Assembly: GCA_951406725.2 (NCBI GenBank)
Contig: OX597836.1
Location: 22,010,001 to 22,074,000 of the forward strand
Source: Octopus vulgaris
Lineage: Eukaryota
DNA: 64,000 nucleotides
Direction: 5' to 3'
Positions 53,939-64,000 of the stretch are shown here, in pieces. Position numbers and translations under genes: made by a program. Under the pieces are notes generated by a model. It did no database searches, had not been told where the DNA came from, and was given only the letters and a program-made list of their open reading frames with translations. Each line of letters begins with the position of its first letter. The first letter of the stretch is position 1.

Positions 53939-54843
53939 TACGACGGGCTTCTTTCAGTTTCCGTTTACCAAATCCACTCACAAGGCTTTGTTCAGCCCGA
54001 GGCTATAGTAGAAGACACTTGCCCAAGGTGCAACGCAGTGGGAATGAACCCGGTACCATGTGGCTGGTAAGCCAGCTACTTACCACACAGCCACTCCTGC
54101 GCCTACTGACGAAGTTATTTTACCAAATTCTTCATTATTTTCGAAATTAATTAAAACAAAGACAGTGTATTTCAACGGAAATATGATAACAAAAGAATTA
54201 AATATCGTATCAGTCTATCTGTCCATATATTCTGTAACTCACCTGAGACTGAGACTGACTCTTGTTCTATTAAACAAACTTCTTGTTTTAAAGAGATTGA
54301 AATTAAGCCCTTCCATCAAACTTTGATGTTAATTTATGTGCCAGAGACTAGCTTAATGATAATGACAGAGTTATTTAATGAAATTCTTCATTAATTTCAA
54401 AGTTAAATACAACAGAGACAAACAAAATTAATACCTATTTCTTTATTACCCACAAGGGGCTAAACACAGAGGGGACAAACAAGGACAGACATAGGTATTA
54501 AGTCGATTACATCGACCCCAGTGTGTAACTGGTACTTAATTTATTGACCCTGAAAGGATGAAAAGCAAAGTCGACCTCGGCGGAATTTGAACTCACAACA
54601 TAACGCAGACGAAATACCGCTATGCATTTCGCCCGGCGTGCTAACGTTTCTGCCAGCTCGCCGCCTTCAAAATTAATACCACGGTGCCTTTTATTCAGCA
54701 TTCTACACTTCACACTAATCTATAACTATTTTAATAAGGAAAAAGTGACAATAAATAAATAAAATTACCCCAAACTACTGCACCTCCATCCCAATACCAC
54801 TGTTATGGTCTTGGAGAATTTCTGCTTCCAAAGAAAAACTCAC

Positions 54844-54943
54844 CTGAAGCTCCTCAGCAGTTTCCACATTGAGACCTGTCACAGTTCCAATTCTCTTGTT
54901 GATTCTGGACAAAATTGGGTGGTCTGCATCTTTCAACCAAGCA
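54844..54943 (-). CDS. P4HA: P4HA exon (S-AWLKDADHPILSRINKRIGTVTGLNVETAEELQ)
   Basis: tttgcag| acceptor and |gtgagt donor, 100 nt, phase 2/0. SAWL...TGL...AEELQ motif. Confidence 0.95.
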
Positions 54944-55164
54944 CTGCAAAAAATATACAGTATATATAAGCACTGCATCCTTCAAGACTTCCATGCTTCC
55001 TGAGATTCGCCAACACTACACTTGATTTTCTCCCCTCCATACACACACAAGCATGTATCTGACTCATGCACTGTTCACTTTCCAGACATTCCTACATTAC
55101 TGCATGTACTTTATATGCACTTTCTGACAAGTTGTGGTGCACCTGAGCACTGTATACAATAATT

Positions 55165-55234
<70 letters not shown>

Positions 55235-55440
55235 GGTCCCGGGTTGAGTCGGGGTTAACCACAGTAAATAAGGTACTCAATACATAGCAGAGTAAATTAA
55301 TTTATTTTATAGAAGGAGCTTCTACAGGACTAGAACTTCCTGATGATTTCATTTGAATGAAACAGTTCTAGTCCTGTAGAGCTTCCTGATGATTTCATTT
55401 GAATGAAACAGTTCTAGTCCTGTAGAAGCTCCTTCTATAA

Positions 55441-55478
<38 letters not shown>

Positions 55479-56474
55479 TAGACAGAATGAGATAACGAAG
55501 CCAAGGCTGTGGGGAGTTTTCAGGACATTTATAAGGAAATAATAGTCTTACAGCTGTTTCTCTGATATTATGGAAATTCCTTCATCAGAGAAGGAGTGAC
55601 AAGGTTAAAAAGAGGAAATATTTGAAAAATTCTGTCCATAGCACTTACTTAGCATTACCTGACTCTCTTTTAGGTCTTCTAGATAACAATACCTCTCATA
55701 TATATATATATATAAAACGAATTAATATAGGAATATAGGGTGTCCATAAATTATCTTTACAAGTTCCAAATTTTTCATCTCAATATTGTAAAGGGACTTT
55801 ATGGACACCTTGTAGCTAACAAGGGAAATAACTTTAAAACGGGAGGTAACTGATGGTAAGTAAAACGCCTATATGCACACAGATACTTCCGAGCGTCTGT
55901 CGATGTGGTCGTTGGGCATGCGAAAAATAGCAACCAATATTGTTCGAACTACACGGTCGGCTGATTTATAAGAAGGAGAATTCATTGGATAATGAATGCA
56001 GTTACTGAACCGTCTTGTTTTTACCAGCTTGATAAATGGCGAAATAAATTAATATTTCGGTCAGGAAACCCTTGATAACTGTATTTGCGGTTTTTATAAC
56101 AAGAAGTGGAATCATACACAAACACAGACACACACACACACACAACAGAACAGAGAAGTCTGCGAACAACACCTACTCTCCGGAGATTTTCTGAAGATAG
56201 AGTCCTAGCCAGGTAAAAATATAGACCATTGACTTATATTGTTTATTTTTTTAAATAATGTTTGGGGTTTAAAACATACTTAAAAACATTGGTAAATATA
56301 TATAATATATATATATATATATTTAAGTAGGTGAATGAATTATCCTATGTTTATCGTCAGCATGGAAAATTCGTTTAACCGAAACCTGGGTTGCAAATTC
56401 ACGTCAGAAAACACAGTTGAAGCGACCTGTCAAGGGTAGAAACTCCGGGTTCATGTGTAGAAATTTGTGTGTTG

Positions 56475-56728
56475 TATATGAATAAATGAAAGAATGGAGT
56501 CGAACGAAGATGTTAACAAAATTCCTTTACTCTCGACACATGTTTCGAAGACAGCATATTTTCATTCCGAAAGAATAAAGGGTGCATTATGCAATCTTCT
56601 CATCAGGATGAGAAGGTTGCATAGTGCACCCTTTATTCCTTCGGAATGAAAATATGCTGTCTTCGAAACATGTGTCGAGAGTAAAGGAATTTTGTTAACA
56701 TCTTCGTTCGACTCCATTCTGTCATTTA

Positions 56729-56736
<8 letters not shown>
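56475..56736. repeat. Near-perfect palindrome, 130-bp arms with a 2-nt spacer
   Basis: Arms 56475-56604 and 56607-56736 are reverse complements with a few mismatches. Confidence 0.92.
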
Positions 56737-56780
<44 letters not shown>

Positions 56781-58071
56781 CATTACTAACTGTTTAGTGA
56801 TATAAAAAGTTTTTTAAAAAATAAGGGGAGATAAGTAGTAAAAGAAGCTAAGGGACATAACTGAATAACATAAACGAGTGAAGATGTTTGGTCATTCTTT
56901 ACTTGCAATCGATCCTCATGATCAAGACGTCCACACACAAAATGTGGAAAATGCATGGATGCATGCATGCATGCATGCATGACTGACAGGCTTCTTTCAG
57001 TTTCTGTCCACCAAATCCATGCACATGGCTTTGGTTGGCTTGAGACTATAGTAGAAGACACTTGCCAAAGGTGCCACACAGTGGGACTGAACCCAGAACC
57101 ATGTGGTTGGTAAGCAAGCTACTTACCACACAGCCACTCTTACATACATACAAAGTGATGCTCATGCCCAGAACGTGTTTTGTTCAAAGGTGTTATTTTA
57201 TCACCTTGTTGATAAACTTAGAGCTGAACAACAACAATAGCGAGAGACAAAGCTCATATGAAATTGTTCTGTTTTAGTTAGTGTTTTACCCAAGGCCGCC
57301 TGACTCAGAAACTCATGGCTGCAACACAAGCTTCTTAATCATAGCTATGTTTGTGCCTATGATTGAGGAAAACCTAGGATCAAAGATTTTAAAAGTTATT
57401 TTCAAGTTTTGTTTTTCAGGCATAAATGTAGTTAAGAAGTTTATTTTGTAACGAGAATGTTCCAGGTTTGCCCTCACTTCACCCCACTTCATCTCAGAGA
57501 AGTGTTTTCCTTTGCTATAACTTCAGACCCAGATGTTTATTACAGAATGCATCACCACCACCACCACCACCACTTAATCTTGTAACTTGGTAGTTCAGCA
57601 AATAGAGTTCAATAAAATAAGTATCAGTCTGAAACATGTTGTGTGGCTAATATGAACGACTAAAACCCTTGTAATTCAGTGATTAAAAGCAGTTAAACAT
57701 TGAAAGAATATTGTCATGTTATCGAACCAGTAAGGGAGTTTTGAACCAAAGAATCAAACCAGTAAGGGAGCTTCTGCATGCTAAAAACAGCAGCTACATT
57801 TTCACAAACCACATCCTGGCAAATGGAGTTGGCACAGCAAATAGCTTTGTGAAATGGCGAAAGAATGGGTGGAGGTAAAGAATACACACACCACCTGTTT
57901 CCGGCATAACCCTAACCCTAATCACTGAAAACAGGTGGTGTCTGTATTCTTTACCTTCACCAAAAAATGTAAGGAGGCAGAAAGGAGAATTAAGGAAGAG
58001 GGGACTGAAGAAATACAGAATAACTACAATCAATCCAAATGTGACCACAACATGAATATTACCCAACTTAC

Positions 58072-58142
58072 CTTTTACTGATACGGTATGTTGCTGTTTC
58101 TAATTTTCCTGTTACTGAATTCTGTACTGTTGCTCTGTTTAG
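58072..58142 (-). CDS. P4HA: P4HA 71-nt exon (LNRATVQNSVTGKLETATYRISK-S)
   Basis: tttccag| acceptor and |gtaagt donor, phase 0/2. LxRATV...YRISKS motif. Not in the ORF track. Confidence 0.95.
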
Positions 58143-59809
58143 CTGGAAAAACAGAAGAAAAGACAAAGATATCAGAAATATAATAATATATATATATTTA
58201 TGTATATGTGTGTGTATTTTTTCTCCACTCTGTCTCTTCATATCCTAGGTGCTGTTCACAGCTTCTGTGTGTGTGAATATATATATATATATATATATAT
58301 ATCAACATCAGATAAAAATCAAATGGAAATTGTAGTTGGATACCTGTGCCGGTGGCATGTAAAAAGCACCATCCGAACATAGCCGATGCCAGTGCCGCCT
58401 TGGCTGGCTTCCATGCCGGTGGCATGTAAAAAGCACCAACCGATCGTGGCCATTGCCAGCCTCCCCTGGCACGTAAAAAGCACCCACTACACTCACGGAA
58501 TGGTTGGTGTTAGGAAGGGCATCTAGCTGTAGAAACACTGCCAGATCAAACTGGAGCCTGGTGCAGCCTCCTGGCTTCCCAGACTCCGGTTGAACCATCC
58601 AACCCATGCTAGCATGGAAAACTGACGTTAAACGATGATGATGATGATGATGATGAAATATATATATGTATATATATATATATGTGTGTGTGTGTGTGCG
58701 TGTAAAAAATACAAAATGGGACAAGAACGCAAAACATCCAGACAGTTAGGTGATACAAGAAAGGGACAACAAAACATCCAGACAGACAATACAAGGAAAA
58801 CAAGGACGGGTCATTTGGAGTTTTCTTTCCTCACTCGAGTTCCAGATTATCTTTGCAATTTCAGCTGATTATACTCGAGATTCCTCCAGTCTGGCCAGCC
58901 CCAAGGAAAAACTAAGCTAAGAGCATTAGATTCCTTGGAAGAAAACAGCGAATGTGAAACTGGTAACCCAGACACTTCTTTTTATCTCTCTCCAATTTTA
59001 TTCTCTTTGTTTTCTTTCCTCATTCTGTTCTTTTGAAGAACGTAGACTCATAACATCAAAGACTTCTCCATTTTTCCTGAGCATCAAACTAATACACCTC
59101 TTTGTTGTTCTCTCACCGGTCTATGTCTTTGGTTTTTGTACATTTGAACCACACACATATATAGCTATGTAAACACACACACACACACACATCGGAATTG
59201 AAATCGATCAACATCAATGGAAATTGTAGCTGTGATACCAGTGCCAGTGGCACGTAAGAGAACCATCCGAACGTGGCCGTTGCCAGCGCCGCCCCGACTG
59301 GCCTTGCGCCGGTGGCACATAAAAAGCATCATCCATTCATGGCCGTTGGCAGCCTCGCCTGGCCCCCGTGCCGGTGGCACGTAAAAAGCACCATCTGATC
59401 GTGGCCGTTTGCCAGCCTCGTCTGGCACCTGTGCCGGTGGCACGTAAAAAGCACCCACTACACTCACGAGGAGTTTGGCATTAGGAAGGGCATCCAGCCG
59501 TAGAAACATTGCCAGATCAGACTGGGCCTGGTGCAGCCTTCTGGCTTCCCAGACCCCAGTTGAACCGTCCAACCCATGATAGCATGGAAAGAAAGCAGAC
59601 GCTAAACGATGATGACAATGATGATGATAACATATACATATATATGAGAGAGAAACAGAGAGAGTAAGCCAAATAGACAGACAAATAGCAATACTAAGAC
59701 AGACAGACAAATGGAGAGAGAGAGAGAAAGAGGAGAGGGTTTAAGGAAACAAGATATGAAGATTAAGAGATTAAAAAAAAATAAGATTCATCTTCTACAT
59801 GGCACCTAC

Positions 59810-59983
59810 CTTTGGTGTGGCAAAACTCTTCACAAAGTTCATTTCGTTGTCTGAAAGGATATCATGATAAACTACTAGCCAGGGATCGAAGTGCATCTCT
59901 TCCTCCTTGACTCGGGCTAAATACAAATATGGGTGGCCATACCAGGCATACTTGCACTTTAGTTTGTGGGCATTTTTGATTGG
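59810..59983 (-). CDS. P4HA: P4HA exon (PIKNAHKLKCKY...KEEEMHFDPWLVVYHDILSDNE...ATPK)
   Basis: ttttacag| acceptor and |gtaggt donor, 174 nt, phase 0/0. LxCxY and KEE..P..YHD motifs of P4HA. Confidence 0.95.
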
Positions 59984-61144
59984 CTGTAAAAATTTGGACA
60001 AATAAGAAAAGAAAGACGTTAAATAAAAGAAAATAGGGTTAGGGTTAGGGTTTAAGTAGCTTGCTTACCAACCTCACGGTTCCGGGCTCAGTCCCACAGC
60101 GTGGCACCTTGGGCAAGTGTCTTCTACTATAGCCTCGGGCCGACCAAAGCCTTGTGAGTGGATTTGGTAGACGGAAACTGAAAGAAGCCCGTCGTATATA
60201 TATATATATATGTGTGTGTGTTTGTGTGACTGTGTTTGTCCCCCGCAACATCGCTTGACAACCGATGCTGGTGTGTTTACGTCCCCGTTACTTAGCGGTT
60301 CGACAAAAGACACCGATAGAATAAGTACTAGGCTTACAAAGAATAAGTTCTGGGGTCAATTTGCTAGACTAAAAAAAAGGCGGTGCTCCAGTATGGCCGC
60401 AGTCAAATGACTGAAACGAATAAAAGAGTAAATAGTTTGAGCAATGTTTAGTCAAGAGTACACATACACACACACACATGCATATGTATATATATATCTA
60501 ACAAGCTTCTATCAGATTCCATCTACCATATCCACTCCCAAGGCTTTAGTCAACTCAGGATTATAGTAAAAGACACTTGCTCAAGTTGCTGTGCTGTGGC
60601 ATTGAACCCAAGATCACATGGTTTGAAGTCAGCTTCTTAACTACAGTCATACCTACACCTCTTTACCTATCTGTCTGTCTGTTTGTCTGTCTACACACAC
60701 ACACACACACACACACACATTAGTTGAGAGACATTACTCTTTCCCCAGCTCATTCTTACTCTTTTTCCCCTCTACATCTCTACCTATCTCTCCTTGCTCA
60801 TGTGTCTCTCTCCCCACCCCCTACTCAATATCTTGACATTTTGGAAACTACCTTCAACTATGATATCCACTGTGACCCCTTCTCATAGCTATTTCTTTAT
60901 TACCCACAAGGGGCTAAACATAGAGGGGACAAACAAAGACAGACATAGGTAATAAGTCGATTACATCGACCCCCGGTGCGTAACTGGTACTTAATTTATC
61001 GACCCCCGAAAGGATGAAAGGTAAAGTCGACCCCTTCTCATAGCAAGGGTCAAAGAGAAAACAAAGAGACACCCACAACAAATTAAACAAAACAACTAAC
61101 TACTACAAGGCGCCTCAATAAAACAGACCCTAATCAGAACTCAC

Positions 61145-61335
61145 CATAATATCTTCCCCTCGGCACAGGCTCTCATATGCATAGAACTCTTCAGAATTAC
61201 GGTAGTCATCGATGTTACGAGGATTCTTCACTCGTTGTAATCCAGTATCGCCACGTTTTTGTCCTTTAAATTTTTCGTCTTCAAGCATTCTTTCAAAGTA
61301 GAATTTATTATTTTTGGCTCTCTGGTGACTAGGGT
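61145..61335 (-). CDS. P4HA: Prolyl 4-hydroxylase alpha subunit exon (DPSHQRAKNNKFYFE...YESLCRGEDIM)
   Basis: ttctccag| acceptor and |gtgagt donor, 191 nt, phase 1/0. Contains the P4HA DPxHxRAxxN and YExLCRGE motifs. Upstream exons were not seen in the window and presumably lie beyond 64000. Confidence 0.93.
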
Positions 61336-61498
61336 CTGGAGAAGAGGAATGAACAGAAACAACAATAGCAATAATTAAACAAACAAACAAACTATGCTTA
61401 ACGATCTGACATTTACCTTTTTGACATTCTGTGTCATGCTGAATCTCACCAAGAACTATATTAAGGGTATATAGGGTTTGTGGAGTGCTCACCCACTT

Positions 61499-61874
61499 GC
61501 ATGAACGGATCAACGAGATTCCCACTGTCCCTATCTACTGTCTAGCGAAACCACAGCCAAGGGAATGGGCTTGGACGGATTGGCGTGGAAAGAAGACCCT
61601 TTCACAAGTAGGCTGCTCCATTGACCAGATCAACGAGATTCCCACTGTCCCTATCTACTGTCTAGCGAAACCACAGCCAAGGGAATGGGCTTGGATGGAT
61701 TGGCGTGGAAAGAAGACTCTTTCACAAGTAGGCTGCTCCATTGACCAGATCAACAAGATTCCCACTGTCCCTATCTACTGTCTAGCGAAACCACAGCCAA
61801 GGGAATGGGCTTGGACGGATTGGCGTGGAAAGAAGACCCTTTCACAAGTAGGCTGCTCCATTGACCAGATCAAC
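61499..61874 (+). repeat. 3 x 120-bp tandem repeat: about 95-100 nt of 28S rRNA-derived sequence plus 27 nt of SINE tail per unit
   Basis: GCATGAACGGATCAACGAGATTCCCACTGTCCCTATCTAC...GCGAAACCACAGCCAAGGGAA...GAAAGAAGACCCT matches conserved eukaryotic 28S rRNA just 3' of the R2 insertion site. Period is exactly 120. Confidence 0.9.
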
Positions 61875-62619
61875 TGGAACACTCACCACAAAGGCGAATG
61901 ATACCCATTTCTGTCTTGTCTTGCAGCCCCAAGGCTCTATGTTGTATATGTATTATCATTATTAATTGTTTTCTTCGTGTGGCCCTAAGTCTTTATTCTG
62001 TTTATTGCTTTGTCCCAGGCGCAGGAGTGGCTGTGTGGTAAGTAGCTTGCTTACCAACCACATGGTTCCTGGTTCAGTCTCACTGCGTGGCATCTTGGGC
62101 AAGTGTCTTCTACTATAGCCTCGGGCCGACCAAAGCCTTGTGAGTGGATTTGGTAGACGGAAACTGAAAGAAACCCGTCGTATATGTCTATATATATATA
62201 TGTGTGTGTATGTTTGTGTGTCTGTGTTTGTCCCCCTAGCATTGCTTGACAACCAATGCTGGTGTGTTTATGTTGCCGTCACTTAGCAGTTTGGCGAAAG
62301 AGAGCGATAGAATAAGTACTGGGCTTACAAAGAATAAGTCCCGGGGTCGATTTGTTCGACTAAAGGCGGTGCTCCAGCATGGCTGCAATCAAATGACTGA
62401 AACAAGTAAAAGAGTAAAAGCGTAAAGAGTATGTCCGTCCATTAACAGTCTTGTCTCGAGCCTGTTTCATTTTGTTATGTTTAGGTCCCATTCCTGGCAA
62501 GTTTCTTGTCAGTGCCACCAGAGTGGAAGCAATATTATCGATAATGGCTGAAATTTTGTTTGGCCCCTCTGACCAATAACTAATGAGGAGTTGGTGATCC
62601 TCTGTGTTTTAATATAATA

Positions 62620-63075
62620 ATATAATAATAATAATAATTGTGTACAGTGCTCAGGTGCACTACAACTCATCTAAAGTGTATATATAATCAGGTGTAGTTT
62701 CGGCGGATTTCGGAAAGCATGAGGGCCTTAAAGGATGCAGTGTCATGGCAGTCAACAACTGACGCAGGCAGTTTATTCCATGCTTCAGCAACTCTGAGCG
62801 TGAAAAAATGTTTCCGAAAGTCATGGGAGCTGTGTTGTTTTCTGACTTTGTAGGCATGTCCACGTGTGTTAGACACATGGAGATCAAAAAGGTGTTCAGT
62901 GTTGTTGTTGGTGAGGTGGTTGATAACTTTGTGGGTGTTTACCAAGTCCGTCGCCAGACGCCGGAGCTTCAGTGAATCCATGCCCAGGGAAACAAGGCGC
63001 TCAGAATATGGTAGGTGTCTGATGGAGGGTATGCGTTTGGTTGCATGTCTCTGGACAGATTCTGTCCAGCTGGGT
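62620..63075 (-). mobile_element. CR1/L2-group LINE 3' fragment
   Basis: ESVQRHATKRIP, SLKLRRLATDL, TRGHAYK and FFTLRVAEAWNKLP. AT-rich (TTA)n tail. Confidence 0.85.
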
Positions 63076-63127
63076 ATTTAGTTTATGTTTATTTGTTTAT
63101 TTACTACACATTTTCTTTAATTATATC

Positions 63128-63689
63128 AGGTCATCCCACTACCACTCTATGTCACGCTGGTGAGACCCATATTGGAGTATGGGATTCAAGCCTCTTCTCC
63201 TTATCTCCTCAAAGACATACAGCATCTCGAAAGAGTCCAGAGGCTGGCTACCCGCATGGTTCATGGTCTCAAAAATTTGTCCTACGAAGAAAGGCTGAGG
63301 ACGCTCGACCTTTATTCTCTTGAAAAACGCCGCCACCGTGGTGATCTCATTCTCGCCCACAACATCATAAGCGGGAAGTGTAACCTCTCGAAAGAGCTGT
63401 TCTTCACTCCTGCTCCGGAGCGTCGGCTGCGGGGTCATTCCGAAAAGCTCTACCTGCGACAATTTCATCTCAATCGAAGGAGAGGAGCTTTCTCCGTCCG
63501 GGTTGCGGATCCGTGGAACAAGCTGCCAGATGAGATGGTGAAGATGCCGACGACCGCTTTGTTCAAAGCCTCCCTGGACCTCAAGTGGCCTGAACTCTTT
63601 ACATGAACACCACCCTGTACTTAACTCCATGTCCCCCTACATGGCCTTGCTATTTGCTTTTGAGCCAAATTAACTAACTAACTAACTAA
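63128..63689 (+). mobile_element. CR1/L2-group LINE 3' fragment with (TAAC)n tail
   Basis: LVRPILEYG...LERVQRLATRMV.GL..LSYEERL..L.LYSLEKRR.RGDLI...WNKLP. Tail taactaactaactaac. Confidence 0.9.
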
Positions 63690-64000
63690 GTTCTGTCTGA
63701 TTTTACCTTTTCTAAAATTGAATAGAATCTAATTGTATTTTAGAATGTCTAATGGAATTAAAAATTATTTTTATGCATTTATAGAAAGCTAGATTGTGGA
63801 AGTGAAATAGAGTGTATCTGAGAGAGAGTGGAAGTGTGTGTGAGAGAGAGCATACAATTTAGTAGCTGAAATTAGTAAGGCACAGGAGTGGCTGTGTGGT
63901 AAGTAGCTTGTTTACCAACCACATGATTCCGGGTTCAGTCCCACTGCGTGGCACCTTGGGCGAGTGTCTTCTACTATAGCCTCGGGCCGACCAAAACCTT

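Noticed and set aside
54944-59809. Duplicate of the 71-nt exon, which is mutually exclusive in vertebrate P4HA1
   Set aside because: No second RAT...YRxSK exon was seen by eye in the flanking introns. A tblastn search would settle it.
61485-61901. 138-aa ORF with three 40-aa repeats, or a CRISPR-like array
   Set aside because: It is an accidental translation of a 120-bp 28S/SINE tandem repeat. There are no unique spacers, and it is not an rRNA gene.

Overview
AT-rich, microsatellite- and SINE-dense animal genomic DNA. The repeat families look like those of Octopus or another coleoid cephalopod (inference). Two intron-containing genes converge: on +, the last two coding exons of a ChaC-family glutathione-specific gamma-glutamylcyclotransferase (CHAC2-like); on -, the 3' half of a collagen prolyl 4-hydroxylase alpha subunit gene (P4HA-like). 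Most ORFs in the supplied track are microsatellite or SINE artefacts, and several true exons are absent from it. Main result: the P4HA exon after the Fe-binding HxD motif occurs as three paralogous, in-frame, splice-competent copies (49244-49306, 42679-42741, 40489-40554). The first two copies are each followed by the same 14-15 nt intronic element, whose perfect reverse complement lies downstream of the third copy (35693-35707). This is a docking-site/selector layout for mutually exclusive splicing. Other notable items: a 28S rRNA fragment captured inside a SINE and tandemly amplified three times, several minimal hammerhead-ribozyme-like motifs, and long near-perfect hairpins.
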